Part shown: positions 1-10,259 of the stretch, in pieces | Numbering within the stretch: the first letter of the stretch is position 1 | How the letters are laid out: every line of letters begins with the position of its first letter | NCBI GenBank assembly: GCA_965247365.1 | Contig: CBDFHB010000002.1 | Span: forward strand, 804,745 to 868,744 | Length of the DNA stretch: 64,000 nucleotides | Origin: Candidatus Marinacidobacterales bacterium | GTDB lineage: Bacteria > Acidobacteriota > Vicinamibacteria > Marinacidobacterales > SMYC01 | Reading direction: 5' to 3' | The notes under the pieces: generated by a model | What the model saw: the letters and a program-made list of their open reading frames with translations, nothing else | Told to the model about the DNA's origin: nothing | The model's database searches: none | Translations under genes and position numbers: made by a program

Positions 1-1
1 C

Positions 2-3000
2 GTCGCGTCCACCGTCACGGGGGCCGCATCCGCGCAGAACGAGATCGTCGCGCCGGAGCTCTTCTCGGGACTGCGCTATCACATGGTCGGGCCGTCCCGT
101 GGCGGACGCGTAACCGCCGTTGCCGGACATCGCGCCCAGCGGTCCACTTTCTATATGGGGGCGACGGGCGGTGGCGTCTGGAAGACGACGAACTATGGCG
201 CGACGTGGCATCCCATCTCGGACGGTTACTTTGGGAGTCCTTCGATCGGCGCCATTCGCGTCGCGGAGTCGAACCCCGACGTCATCTACGTCTCGACGGG
301 CTCGGATGGGCTACGCTCGAACGTCATCATCGGTAAGGGCGTTTACAAATCCACGGACGCCGGCAAGACTTGGAAGCACGTCGGTCTTTCGAAGACGGGT
401 AACAGCGGCGCCGTGCTCATTCATCCGCGCGATCCGGACGTCGTCTATGTCGCGGCGATCGGAAATCCCTTTGCCGCCAATTCCGAACGGGGCGTCTACC
501 GAACGAGGAACGGCGGCGAGAGCTGGGAGAAAGTGCTCTTCGTATCCGACGAGACCGGCGCGGTGGATCTCGAGTTCGCCCCCGACAACCCCGACGAGAT
601 CTACGCGACGATGTGGCGGGCCGAGCGCAAGCCTTGGACCATCATCAGCGGCGGGGAAGAAGGAGGCGTTTACAAGTCGATGGATGCCGGCGAGAACTGG
701 AAGCAGCTCACGAACGGTCTGCCGCGCGGACCGCGGGGCAAGGCGGATCTCGCGGTCAGCGCCGGCGATCCAAAGCGAGTCTATGTTCTCATCGAAGCTC
801 CGGGCACCGAGGGCGGCGTCTATCGCTCCGACGATCGAGGCGAGAGCTGGTATCAGGTCACGGACTTCCAACCCATCAGGAACCGGCCTTTCTACTACTG
901 CAATCTGGAGGCCCATCCGACGAACCCGGACATTCTTTGGGGAATGGCCGAGGATCACAACAAGTCCGAAGATGGCGGCAAGACGTGGGCGAGCAAACCA
1001 ACACCGCACGGCGACAACCACGACATGTGGATCAACCCCGACGAGCCGGATATCATCGTGCAGTCGAACGACGGTGGCGCCAACGTGACTCTCGACGGCG
1101 GCGAGACGTGGTCGGCCCAACACAACCAGCCGACCGCGGAGCTCTATCAAGTCGACGTGAGCGACGCATTTCCCTATCGGCTCTATGCCGGTCAGCAGGA
1201 TAACTCGACCATCTCGGTGCCAAGCCTGCCTCCCCGCAGCATGCCCGGTGGACATACCTCGCTCTGGGAGGATCAGGGAGGTTGCGAGACCGGGCCGGTG
1301 GTGCCGAAGCCCGGCGATCCGGATATGGTCTATGCGAATTGCAAGGGCCGCTTCGGACTATTCAATCGACGGACCGGTCAGGAGCAACAGCACTACGTGG
1401 GATTCTGGAACATCTACGGACACAATCCGAAGGACCTTCAATTTCGCTTCCAGCGCGTCGCGCCGATCCACGTTTCGCCTCACGATCCCAACCGGGTGTA
1501 CCACACGTCCCAGTACGTGCACGTGACGGAGAACGGGGGTCGTCAATGGCAGACCATCTCGCCCGACCTCACCGCCTTCACCGCTGAGACTCAAGTTGTC
1601 TCCGGAGATCCCATCACCATCGACGTCACCGGCGAGGAGCACTTTGCCGTCATCTACGAGATCCAGGAGTCGCCGCACGAGCGTGGGGTGATCTGGGTGG
1701 GTTCGAACGATGGGCCGATACACGTCACCCGCGACAACGGGAAGAGTTGGAAGAACGTGACGCCAGAAGGGCTCGGACCTTACGGTCGCGTACAGAACAT
1801 CGAAGTCTCACCGCACTACCCGGGAAAAGCCTACGCCGCGATCCTCCGATATCAGCTCGGTGACTTCGAGCCTCATGTCTATCAAACGGAGAACTATGGG
1901 GAGACCTGGACTCGGCTGACGACGGGCGACAACGGGATCCCGAACGACTACCCCGTGCGCGTCGTTCGCGAGGACCCTCACCGGGAGGGTCTTCTCTACG
2001 CCGGAACCGAGTTTGGCATGTTCGTCTCTTTCGATTCCGGCTCCCACTGGCAGTCGTTCCAGCTCAATCTCCCGGCGACTCCAGTGACGGATCTAAAGGT
2101 CGTTGGCAAGGATCTCGTGATGTCCACCATGGGACGGGGCTTTTGGATTCTCTACGACGTGACCCCGCTCCATGAGATCGAGCCGAGCATGGCGAGAGCG
2201 GACGCGCACCTGTTCGCGAGTGCGGAGGCTTACCGGCTTCGCTTGCCATCACAGTTTCTGCGCGAGGAGCGAACCCCCGACGAGCCCCAGTACAGAAGGC
2301 CCGGTGTCAACGTGGACTATTTTCTGGCGACAGAGCCCGACGGGGCGCTCATTCTCGAGATCTTCGACGTTGCCGGAGCGCTCGTGCGTCGGTTCTCGAG
2401 CGAGGACGCTTCCGAGAGCAACGTAGCTCCCGAGGAAGCGGGCATGCGGGTTCCCCAACTCGAGGCGATCGGAGCTCCCGAGCTCGACAAGAGCGCGGGT
2501 CACAATCGCTTTACGTGGGACTTGCGTCACGCGGGCGCCTGGCACGCTGAGGAAGAGCACTCCGGTCGCGACGGTCCCATGGTCGCACCCGGCACGTACC
2601 AGGCCCGCCTCACCGTCGGGGATTGGAGCGAGACCGTTTCCTTCGAGGCGAAGATCGACCCGCGCGTCGTCGCGGAGGGTCACGTGACTGACGAAGACGT
2701 TGCCGCACAAGTGAAGCTCGCGCTCGACGCGCGAGACGCCCTCAGCCGAAGCCGACTCGCTGCGAGCCGCGTCAACGAGGCGCTCTCAGAAGCGGAAGGC
2801 ACGAAAAAGGAAGCTCTTCAAGCGATCCGAAAGGAGCTCGTGACGGCTCCGAGGCGTTACTCACAGCCGATGCTCGTGGACCAACTGGACTATCTCTATG
2901 GCAACCTCGACACCGCCGACCAGCGCCCCGGCAAGGATGCCACCGATCGCTACGAGGCCCTGAATCGTCAGCTCGAAGAGCTCACGGGAAGGCTCGACGA

Positions 3001-3022
3001 GCTGCTGAGAACGACTGAGTGA
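2..3022 (+). CDS. BNR/Asp-box repeat beta-propeller protein (sortilin/VPS10-like family), 5'-partial
   Basis: Frame is open from base 2 (ASTVTGAASAQNEIVAPELFSGLRYHMVGPSRGGR...), so the ATG at 83 is probably internal. About ten Asp-box motifs are present: STDAGKTWKH, TRNGGESWEK, SMDAGENWKQ, SDDRGESWYQ, SEDGGKTWAS, TLDGGETWSA, TENGGRQWQT, TRDNGKSWKN, TENYGETWTR, SFDSGSHWQS. Stop TGA at 3020-3022. Confidence 0.8.
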   Translation, partial: VASTVTGAASAQNEIVAPELFSGLRYHMVGPSRGGRVTAVAGHRAQRSTFYMGATGGGVWKTTNYGATWHPISDGYFGSPSIGAIRVAESNPDVIYVSTGSDGLRSNVIIGKGVYKSTDAGKTWKHVGLSKTGNSGAVLIHPRDPDVVYVAAIGNPFAANSERGVYRTRNGGESWEKVLFVSDETGAVDLEFAPDNPDEIYATMWRAERKPWTIISGGEEGGVYKSMDAGENWKQLTNGLPRGPRGKADLAVSAGDPKRVYVLIEAPGTEGGVYRSDDRGESWYQVTDFQPIRNRPFYYCNLEAHPTNPDILWGMAEDHNKSEDGGKTWASKPTPHGDNHDMWINPDEPDIIVQSNDGGANVTLDGGETWSAQHNQPTAELYQVDVSDAFPYRLYAGQQDNSTISVPSLPPRSMPGGHTSLWEDQGGCETGPVVPKPGDPDMVYANCKGRFGLFNRRTGQEQQHYVGFWNIYGHNPKDLQFRFQRVAPIHVSPHDPNRVYHTSQYVHVTENGGRQWQTISPDLTAFTAETQVVSGDPITIDVTGEEHFAVIYEIQESPHERGVIWVGSNDGPIHVTRDNGKSWKNVTPEGLGPYGRVQNIEVSPHYPGKAYAAILRYQLGDFEPHVYQTENYGETWTRLTTGDNGIPNDYPVRVVREDPHREGLLYAGTEFGMFVSFDSGSHWQSFQLNLPATPVTDLKVVGKDLVMSTMGRGFWILYDVTPLHEIEPSMARADAHLFASAEAYRLRLPSQFLREERTPDEPQYRRPGVNVDYFLATEPDGALILEIFDVAGALVRRFSSEDASESNVAPEEAGMRVPQLEAIGAPELDKSAGHNRFTWDLRHAGAWHAEEEHSGRDGPMVAPGTYQARLTVGDWSETVSFEAKIDPRVVAEGHVTDEDVAAQVKLALDARDALSRSRLAASRVNEALSEAEGTKKEALQAIRKELVTAPRRYSQPMLVDQLDYLYGNLDTADQRPGKDATDRYEALNRQLEELTGRLDELLRTTE

Positions 3023-3177
3023 ACGCCGCGAGCTACCGTGAGTTCTGGCCGCTCTACCTTCGCGAGCACAGCAAGCCCATGACGCGCGCCCTGCACATCT
3101 CCCTCAGGCGACCGATGAAACTTCAGCGGAAATTCTCGACGAGCATGATGTTGGATTCGATCTCTCCCCGCACGTAA
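3019..3177 (+). pseudogene. DUF962 (Mpo1-like) membrane protein, N-terminal relic
   Basis: GTG at 3019 overlaps the upstream stop (GTGA). The first ~26 codons, MNAASYREFWPLYLREHSKPMTRALH, match the conserved DUF962 N-terminus. The remainder is unrelated and stops after 52 codons, versus ~100 or more expected. Confidence 0.35.
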
Positions 3178-3345
3178 ACCCTCGTCGGTGAGCGTCCAGT
3201 TACCGAAGCCAACCTTCTCGAGAACCAAACTCTTCCTCTCCCCCATCGATGGGCATGCGCCAGATGCCGAGAGGAGCTCCTGCCGCCTTGGTCTGCTTGG
3301 CAAAGTAGAGGTAAGTGGCGTCGTCCCCCGTCTCCGTTGTCAGCC
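3123..3345 (-). pseudogene. C-terminal relic of a PD40/TolB-like beta-propeller protein (multiple frameshifts)
   Basis: Three minus-strand frames read in succession give TETGDDATYLYFAKQ...GIWRMPIDGGEE / KSLVLEKVGFGNWTLTDEG / VYVRGEIESNIMLVENFR-stop. This resembles the characteristic C-terminus of PD40-propeller proteins. No intact ORF. Confidence 0.3.
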
Positions 3346-3592
3346 GACGGGTGCTTGCTTCATCTACTGTTGGTGACCCGCACCTATCCGCGTGGGAACA
3401 GGTTTATGAGCGTTTTTTGGCGATCTGTAGACGACGGCGCCAAGATAGGCTGTAATCTATTGCGTCATAGAGACTTGACTGCCTTTTAGTAAGACCTAAT
3501 GATGGAAGCACGCCAAGGGCGGCACAAAGCCACTGGAATCGAGCGAACTTTCCGTCTCTCCCACTCGTTTCTTGAGGTAACAGGAGGTGATC

Positions 3593-4423
3593 ATGCGCTC
3601 GCTCACGAGGAATCTAGCGGTCCTGGCGGCCCTCTTGACGCTCTCGGGTTGCCACATCGCCATGGGCGATGGAGCCTTTTCCGCCAGCGAGGATCTCGAG
3701 GAGACCTTGCCATTCGGGAGCGGAAGCTCCCTGGAGCTGACGAACGTCAACGGGCACGTCACGGTTTCGACCTGGGACCGAGAGGAGATCCGTGTCGAAG
3801 CGAAGAAATTTGCCTCGAGTGAGCGCCGTCTCGACGACGTGGAGATCGAGATCGAAGAGACGTCCGGCGTCGTCGAGGTCAGAACCCGCCTCCCGAAAGG
3901 GGGCTTGTTTTCAGGGAAAAGCAAAGTGGACTACCAGATCACTTTGCCCGCGACGGCGAGCGTGAACGTCCGGACGGTGAACGGGAAGCTCGTCTTCGCC
4001 GGCGTCGGGGGCCGTCTGGAGGCGAAGACGGTGAACGGCTCCGTCGAGCTCGAAAGCGCGCGGGGAGAGGTGGTGGCCACTACCGTGAACGGAAGCATCC
4101 AGGCGAGCTACGAGGCGCTCGACGAGCACGGCCGGAACCGCTTCTCCACCACCAACGGAAGCGTCCGCATCGAGCTTCCCAGGGATGCAAACGGAGAGTT
4201 CGAGGCCCGCACCATCAACGGCCGCATCCACAGCGACTTCGACGAGCTCGAGCCCGCCGGCCGCTGGGGAAGCCGAAAGCTGTCCGGCCAACTCGGAACC
4301 GGCGGCGGCTCCTTCGAGATCAAGACCGTCAACGGTTCGGTCCGGATAGAGAAAAGAGCCTCAGGTGCCGGACGTACCCTTTCTGAGCGACGATCGCGAA
4401 TCGCTGATTTCGACCCGCTCTGA
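3593..4423 (+). CDS. DUF4097-family lipoprotein (beta-strand repeat, putative adhesin-like)
   Basis: AGGAGG at 3582-3587, 5 nt before ATG 3593. Lipobox LTLSGC. Repeated (V/T/I)NG(S/K/H/R)(V/I/L) strands: VNGHV, VNGKL, VNGSV, VNGSI, TNGSV, INGRI, VNGSV. Confidence 0.75.
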   Translation: MRSLTRNLAVLAALLTLSGCHIAMGDGAFSASEDLEETLPFGSGSSLELTNVNGHVTVSTWDREEIRVEAKKFASSERRLDDVEIEIEETSGVVEVRTRLPKGGLFSGKSKVDYQITLPATASVNVRTVNGKLVFAGVGGRLEAKTVNGSVELESARGEVVATTVNGSIQASYEALDEHGRNRFSTTNGSVRIELPRDANGEFEARTINGRIHSDFDELEPAGRWGSRKLSGQLGTGGGSFEIKTVNGSVRIEKRASGAGRTLSERRSRIADFDPL

Positions 4424-4586
4424 CCACCCACGCTTTGGCGGATGCTCGATTTCGTCACGCTTAGATGACAATTGTGAACGGGGAGATCGGATCAAACGGC
4501 TAAACAGCTCCCAATGCACCCATACAAGGTGTGCTACCCTCCCACTCTCGAGCTACATCCACGCGATGCCCGAAGGGAGGATCGCC

Positions 4587-6647
4587 ATGTTGAAGCCTTC
4601 GCTGATTGTATCCACTCTCGCCCTCTGCCTCGTGAGCCAAGCTACCGCCCAAACGAGCGGCAACCGGTTGACGCTTGAAGGGTACCTCGATTACGAGACC
4701 GTCGACGACCCCAGACTGTCTCCCGACGGAAGCCGCGTCGTCTACACGCGCCTGTGGTTCGACAAGCTGGCCGATCGGCAGCAATCGTCGCTCTGGATCG
4801 TGAACGCCGACGGCACCCGCAATCGCTTTCTGATCGATGGCTCGAATGCTCGTTGGTCTCCCTCGGGCGACCGGTTGGCATTCGTCGCGTCTGGCGAGCC
4901 CAAGGGGCCACAAGTATTCGTACGCTGGATGGATGCAGAAGGGTCCGTCACTCAAATCACCCGCATCGACCAATCCCCTAGAAACGTCGCATGGTCTCCG
5001 GACGGTACGAAGATAGCTTTCACCATGTTGGTAGAAAAGAAGAATCAGTGGCCCATCGCTCTTCCGAAGCCGCCCCAAGGAGCCAAGTGGACCGAGTCCC
5101 CCAAGATCATCGAGCGGCTCGAATACCGCCGGAATGGTATCGGCTATATCGATACAGGGTACCTTCACATCTTCGTCGTTGCCGCGGAAGGCGGTACGCC
5201 GCGGCAGATCACTTCGGGCGACTACGATCACCCCGGGAGAGACCCTACTTCGAACAACAATCTGGCCTGGACGCCGGATAGCAAACAAATCCTTTTCAGC
5301 GGGCTCCGTGCCGCAGATGCCGACTATCAATGGCGGGAGTCCGAGATCTACTCGGTCGATGTCGCCACCAGCGAGGTGCATCGCCTCACCGATCGCAAAG
5401 GCCAAGATCAGACACCGAGGGTTTCTCCCGATGGAACGAAAGTCGCCTACAGGGGTTACGACTGGCACCGCGACTTTTATATGCACGAGATCTACGTCAT
5501 GGACATCGACGGCGGGAATCCTCGACTGGTCTCCGGCGATTGGGACCGTCGCTCGAAAGCCCTTTTCTGGGGAAGCGACAGCGACAGGCTCTACCTTACG
5601 GCCGAGAACGAAGGCAGCCGCGACCTTTACGCCCTTCCTCTGACCGGACCTGAGTCCAACAAAGTGGTGCCGGTGACGGAAGGTAACCATTGGGTCACGG
5701 TGTCCGAGATCAGTCCCAAAGGCCAGGCCGTTGCGGTTCGGAGCGATTTCCATCGGCCGCCGGACGTCGTTCTCTTCGACATTGCCCGAGCCGGAGCGAT
5801 GAAGCAGCTGACGCACGTCAACGACGATATCCTCGAAGGCATCGATCTCGGGGATGTGGAGGAGATCTGGTACGAAGCGCCGGACGGTGTTCGCCTCCAA
5901 GGCTGGTATATGACACCGCCGGATTTCGATGCGACGAAGACCTATCCCATGCAGCTTCACATCCACGGTGGCCCTCACTCCATGTACGGAGCACAGTTCA
6001 AATACAACTGGCACGAGCACGCGGCCAACGATTACGTCATTCTGTTTACCAACCCCCGAGGCAGCAGCGGTTATGGCAGCAAGTTTGGAAACTTGATCGC
6101 CGACGCCTACCCCGGCCCGGACTATCAGGATTTGATGGCCGGCGTCGACACGATGCTGGAAAAGGGCTTCGTCGACGAGCAGAATCTCTTCGTCACCGGC
6201 TGCAGCGGGGGGGGCATCCTCACGGCATGGATCGTTACCCAGACGGATCGATTCGCCGCAGCCTCTTCCAACTGCACCATCGTGGATTGGATGAGCCACC
6301 TGGGCACCACGGACATCGTCGTATCATTCTATCGCTTCCCCAAGCTTCCCTGGGAAGATCCGACATTGTGGTTGAAGCACTCCTCCATCAATCACGTGCA
6401 AAACGTGAAGACACCGACGATGCTCATCACCGGAGAGGAAGACCTGAGAACGCCGATCACCCAAGCTGAGCAGTTCTATCGGGCCTTGAAGTTCTTGAAA
6501 GTCCCGACAGCGCTTCTGCGCTACAAAGACCAGGCCCACGGAACCGGGACCCGTCCTTCCAACTTCATGAGGACTCAGCTCTATTTGCGCTACTGGTTCG
6601 ACAAATACAAACGCCCATCGGGGCGGACAACGGACGATCAGCGCTAA
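4587..6647 (+). CDS. S9-family serine peptidase (prolyl oligopeptidase/acylaminoacyl peptidase type) with N-terminal PD40 beta-propeller
   Basis: GGGAGG lies 7 nt before ATG 4587. Signal peptide MLKPSLIVSTLALCLVSQATAQ. PD40-like repeats (SPDGSRVVY, SPSGDRLAF, SPDGTKIAF, TPDSKQILF, SPDGTKVAY). Nucleophile elbow GCSGGG. The ORF-track start 4365 would overlap the upstream gene. Confidence 0.9.
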   Translation: MLKPSLIVSTLALCLVSQATAQTSGNRLTLEGYLDYETVDDPRLSPDGSRVVYTRLWFDKLADRQQSSLWIVNADGTRNRFLIDGSNARWSPSGDRLAFVASGEPKGPQVFVRWMDAEGSVTQITRIDQSPRNVAWSPDGTKIAFTMLVEKKNQWPIALPKPPQGAKWTESPKIIERLEYRRNGIGYIDTGYLHIFVVAAEGGTPRQITSGDYDHPGRDPTSNNNLAWTPDSKQILFSGLRAADADYQWRESEIYSVDVATSEVHRLTDRKGQDQTPRVSPDGTKVAYRGYDWHRDFYMHEIYVMDIDGGNPRLVSGDWDRRSKALFWGSDSDRLYLTAENEGSRDLYALPLTGPESNKVVPVTEGNHWVTVSEISPKGQAVAVRSDFHRPPDVVLFDIARAGAMKQLTHVNDDILEGIDLGDVEEIWYEAPDGVRLQGWYMTPPDFDATKTYPMQLHIHGGPHSMYGAQFKYNWHEHAANDYVILFTNPRGSSGYGSKFGNLIADAYPGPDYQDLMAGVDTMLEKGFVDEQNLFVTGCSGGGILTAWIVTQTDRFAAASSNCTIVDWMSHLGTTDIVVSFYRFPKLPWEDPTLWLKHSSINHVQNVKTPTMLITGEEDLRTPITQAEQFYRALKFLKVPTALLRYKDQAHGTGTRPSNFMRTQLYLRYWFDKYKRPSGRTTDDQR

Positions 6648-6821
6648 CTTATCGAACGGGTGTCTGGTGCGCCGGCCAAGCCGCAGTCGGGACTCGCTGT
6701 TCTTGACAATGATGGAGCGATCGTATATTGAAGGCCAGAAGTCCAAAGACTGATTCTCAGTCTTTGGAAGTAGTCTCCTCAACCATGTTCGGGTGGGCTA
6801 TCTACTCGGTGGAGGTACAGG

Positions 6822-9815
6822 ATGCCATTTAGAGTAATGATTCATGCGAAGCTGCTAGTGCGCGCCCTAATGGCGGTGCCGTTGGCCCTATTGCTGGCCG
6901 GCGGGGCGGCCTTCGCGCAGCAGGTCACTGGAACCATCTACGGCAAGGTCTTGGACGATCAGGGGCTTGCCGTCCCGGGCGCGACGGTGACGATCTCGAG
7001 TCCACAGCACATCGCGACCGAGGTTCGAACCACGACCGATCAGGGTACGTACCGTGTCGATCGGCTGTTGCCGTCGCAAAACTACACCGTGGTGGTCGAG
7101 TTGACAGGATTTAGAAAGATGACCTTTGAACGGGTGAACCTGTTTGCAGGGCAACTCATCGAGGTGAATGCGACACTGTCGCCGGGCGGGGTGGAGGAGA
7201 CCGTTACCGTCATTGGAGAAACGCCACTGGTTGACATCAAGAGTTCGCAGACGATGATCACGATCGATACAAATATCGTCGACAACATCCCCCTGGGGCG
7301 CAGTGCTAGTTCTCTCGTCGAGTCGATGCCGGGCGTCCAGGAATCAGCTGACCTCGCTCCGCGAGGTGGGGGGCATCGGGGGACAACGGTTCACGGCGGC
7401 GGGCCCCGGGAGAGCTATTTCAGCATCGACGGAGCGGCTGCCATGGACATCGTGTACGGCCATCTCGCGTTCGGTGTCCCGATAGACATGATAGAGGAAG
7501 TCCAAGTAACGACCGGGGGTATTCCCGCGGAGTTTGGCCAGGCCACGAGTGGGGTTTTCAACTTCGTGACCAAGTCAGGAGGGAACGACTTCTCGGGCGT
7601 GGTCAACTATTACTACAAGGGCGAGGATTTGGAGTCGAACAACCTCACGCCCGAGCTAGAGGAGGAACTCGGGTCGAAAGCGAGCACAATCAAGGACCAG
7701 GAGTACGGCGGAACTCTTGGGGGACCGATCAAGCGAGATTCTATCTGGTTCTTCGGCAGTATCCGTCGGCTGAACCTGGAAGTGCTACAACCCATTCTCC
7801 CCACCCAGCCACAAACTCGCGATACGACACAGAGCTTCTTCAAGGTCACCGGGCAGGCGGGCGACAGCCTCCTGAGCGGCTCTCTCTCGAGCCAGCGTAC
7901 AAGCCTTTTTCCGGAAAACGTTAGCGGTTTTCAGAACGTCGACGCCCCGGAGACCTGGAGGTCACTAGACGATCAGGGGGACCTCCTAAATCTCAAATTC
8001 ACGCATATAGTGAACGAAAACACCATTTTTGACGCACAGTACAACCAGATCTGGAAGAGAAACCATAATAACTATCCCAACAACCCTGACTTCGCAGTCG
8101 GCTATAGGGACCAAGGTACACAGCTGGAATTCGGGGGGCTCGTCGAGGGTATAAGGACTCTGAAGGCCCGGAATACGTGGGGAGTTCGCCTTAATCTCTC
8201 GCACTTCCGCGAGAACGCGGGTGGCTCACACCAGATCAAGGCAGGCTTCTTTATGGATCGGCCTAACAGCGACCGGTCGTTTGGCTACCCCGGTGGGGAA
8301 GACGTCCTGCAACAACTTCTCTTTGGTGCGGCCTACCGGGTTCGCCTGGACCTCCTGCCGCTTACAAGTCAAGCCCGGAACATTGACACTTATGCAGTGT
8401 TTGCGCAAGACCAATGGACAATTGGAGATCGGCTCACCCTGAACCTGGGACTACGGTGGGAGATCGCGGAAGCCTGGCTTCCCGAGCAGAGTCGGGGTGG
8501 CGGCCGTTGGTTCCCCGTCCAGACCATCCCGGAGACCCGCAACCTCATCAACTTCAACAACCTCTCGCCGCGCCTGGGTTTCGCGTATGCGCTGGGTGAG
8601 GCAAAAAGGACTTCCATCAAGGCCAGTTTCTCGCGACACTACCATACGCTCATCACCCAGGACCACGCCGTCGCCGTACCCGAAATCGGAGGAGGCGAAA
8701 CGTACGAATGGAACGACCTGAACGGTGACCTCGTATTCCAGGACGGTGAGCAGGGACAGCTTATCTCACGTATCTTGAGCCCCACTCTTGATACAGTAAG
8801 GGAAGTCATCGACCCCAACTTGGAAAATTCCTGGGTAGATGCGTTTCAAATCAAGCTCGAGCATGAGTTGACGAACGACTTCGTCGTCTCTGTGGCAGGA
8901 ATCTTCAAGCGCGAGAAGAACCTCTTTGATACGGTTATAAGGCGGACAACAGGAGACCAACAAAACCCTTTTAATGACTACCGCTCGATTGACGTGGTCA
9001 ACCAAATCGACGGCTCGCCTTTGACCATCTTTGCCCTGAAACCGGAATTCTTGGGGTCCCAGTCCGTCTCATACTTGACGAACCCCACCTTTGTGGGGGT
9101 GGAACTTTTCCGAAACTACAACGTATTGGAGATTGTCGTACAGAAGCGCTTCCGTGACGGCTGGCAATTCCTGGCCGCGTACAACTACAACGACACCAAC
9201 GGCAACATCGGCAATAACTTCACCGGCACCACGCTCCAAAACTTTGTCTACAACACCCCCAATACACTCATCAATGTGGAAGGACCGCTGGACCACGACT
9301 CTCCGCACCAGATCAAGCTCCAGGGGACCTACACGTTGCCCTACGATATTCTCGTGAGCGGCTTCTACTCGGGCTCGACCGGGATTCCCATCCACATCTT
9401 CCAACCTTTCATGGCCGACCTGGCTCCGGGAGCCTACACGGTGCGCCATTTCCCACTCTGCCCCGGCGGCGCAATCGAAGTAGACGCCAAAGGCCATAGC
9501 GGCGGCGGCGGCGGTTGTAGGCCGGCTCCGCTTGGTAACCCCAATATCGTGGTGGAGACCAACATCGATGTGGCTGGGGAGCCAAGGGGTTTACGCCGGT
9601 TCGACTTCAGACACAACCTCGACCTCCGAGTGGAAAAGCAGATTCCGTTCGGGGACGGAATGAAGGTCGGGCTCATCCTCGACGTGTTTAATCTAACCAA
9701 CACGAACCGAGTTACGTCCTATAGTTCACTGAAATTCGACATACCGCAATTCCTGCAGGCCTCGACGATCGAAACACCCCGTATCCTGAGACTCGGAGTG
9801 CGCTTCTCGTTTTAG
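6822..9815 (+). CDS. TonB-dependent receptor-like outer-membrane protein with N-terminal carboxypeptidase-regulatory-like domain
   Basis: Signal peptide ending AFAQQ. Then VTGTIYGKVLDDQGLAVPGATVTIS (CarboxypepD_reg-like), a plug-like segment, a long beta-barrel and the terminal RLGVRFSF (C-terminal Phe). Confidence 0.85.
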   Translation: MPFRVMIHAKLLVRALMAVPLALLLAGGAAFAQQVTGTIYGKVLDDQGLAVPGATVTISSPQHIATEVRTTTDQGTYRVDRLLPSQNYTVVVELTGFRKMTFERVNLFAGQLIEVNATLSPGGVEETVTVIGETPLVDIKSSQTMITIDTNIVDNIPLGRSASSLVESMPGVQESADLAPRGGGHRGTTVHGGGPRESYFSIDGAAAMDIVYGHLAFGVPIDMIEEVQVTTGGIPAEFGQATSGVFNFVTKSGGNDFSGVVNYYYKGEDLESNNLTPELEEELGSKASTIKDQEYGGTLGGPIKRDSIWFFGSIRRLNLEVLQPILPTQPQTRDTTQSFFKVTGQAGDSLLSGSLSSQRTSLFPENVSGFQNVDAPETWRSLDDQGDLLNLKFTHIVNENTIFDAQYNQIWKRNHNNYPNNPDFAVGYRDQGTQLEFGGLVEGIRTLKARNTWGVRLNLSHFRENAGGSHQIKAGFFMDRPNSDRSFGYPGGEDVLQQLLFGAAYRVRLDLLPLTSQARNIDTYAVFAQDQWTIGDRLTLNLGLRWEIAEAWLPEQSRGGGRWFPVQTIPETRNLINFNNLSPRLGFAYALGEAKRTSIKASFSRHYHTLITQDHAVAVPEIGGGETYEWNDLNGDLVFQDGEQGQLISRILSPTLDTVREVIDPNLENSWVDAFQIKLEHELTNDFVVSVAGIFKREKNLFDTVIRRTTGDQQNPFNDYRSIDVVNQIDGSPLTIFALKPEFLGSQSVSYLTNPTFVGVELFRNYNVLEIVVQKRFRDGWQFLAAYNYNDTNGNIGNNFTGTTLQNFVYNTPNTLINVEGPLDHDSPHQIKLQGTYTLPYDILVSGFYSGSTGIPIHIFQPFMADLAPGAYTVRHFPLCPGGAIEVDAKGHSGGGGGCRPAPLGNPNIVVETNIDVAGEPRGLRRFDFRHNLDLRVEKQIPFGDGMKVGLILDVFNLTNTNRVTSYSSLKFDIPQFLQASTIETPRILRLGVRFSF

Positions 9816-9871
9816 TAGGGGTTGGGAAGTAAAGAAGACATAAACCTCTAGGTCTCGAAGGACGACACAAA

Positions 9872-9906
9872 CCGGGGCGCCGCTAGGCGCCCCGGTTCTC
9901 TTATTC
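9872..9906 (+). terminator. Rho-independent terminator downstream of the receptor gene
   Basis: Perfect 10-bp stem CCGGGGCGCC (9872-9881) / GGCGCCCCGG (9886-9895), loop GCTA, followed by TTCTCTTATT. Confidence 0.6.
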
Positions 9907-10050
9907 ACCGTACTCTCGGTCGCAGCGCGGCCTTTACCACCATTATCTCAACGACGGCCTTCTCCAGGCTCTGGTGCACGAAGAGCTCTTGACCCCGGCA
10001 AGCGCTTCGACTCAGCTTCTCGATACATTGAAGATCGAGGAGATGAGCCG

Positions 10051-10259
10051 ATGGCCGCACGCAAGTCCACCAGAGTGAACCGCAAATACAAGACGAAGTA
10101 TCGCGTTGCGAACTGGCGGGAGTACGAGCGTGGCCTCAGGACCCGTGGCGACATCACCGTTTGGCGGACGAGGCGCGCGAAGCGTGGACACCACCGAACA
10201 ACCGCCGCCGCGGTGGCCAGCCGCGCTACTCGAATCTGGCAATCGTGACGGCGTTGACG
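10051..10259 (+). mobile_element. IS5-family (IS903-group) transposase, N-terminal relic with frameshift
   Basis: KYKTKYRVANWREYERGLRTRGDITVW, then after a frameshift near 10160 ADEAREAWTPPNNRRRGGQPRYSNLAIVTALT. This matches the IS903-type N-terminus (KITNWSTYNKALINRGSLTFWLD...GRPQRYSDLAITT). Similarity ends about 10260. No DDE core or IRs seen. Confidence 0.6.

Noticed and set aside
4365-4586. Upstream extension of the S9 peptidase ORF (track start 4365).
   Set aside because: It would overlap the DUF4097 gene by 59 nt and adds a non-signal-like leader. ATG 4587 has a GGGAGG RBS and gives a proper signal peptide.
4500-6299. 599-aa minus-strand ORF antisense to the S9 peptidase. Similar long antisense or offset ORFs occur at 311..1255, 120..1088, 30179..31225, 37476..38468 and 38511..39251.
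   Set aside because: Shadow ORFs typical of high-GC DNA. They are Arg/Pro/Gly/Ala-rich, have no motifs, and fully overlap genes with clear family signatures on the other strand or frame.
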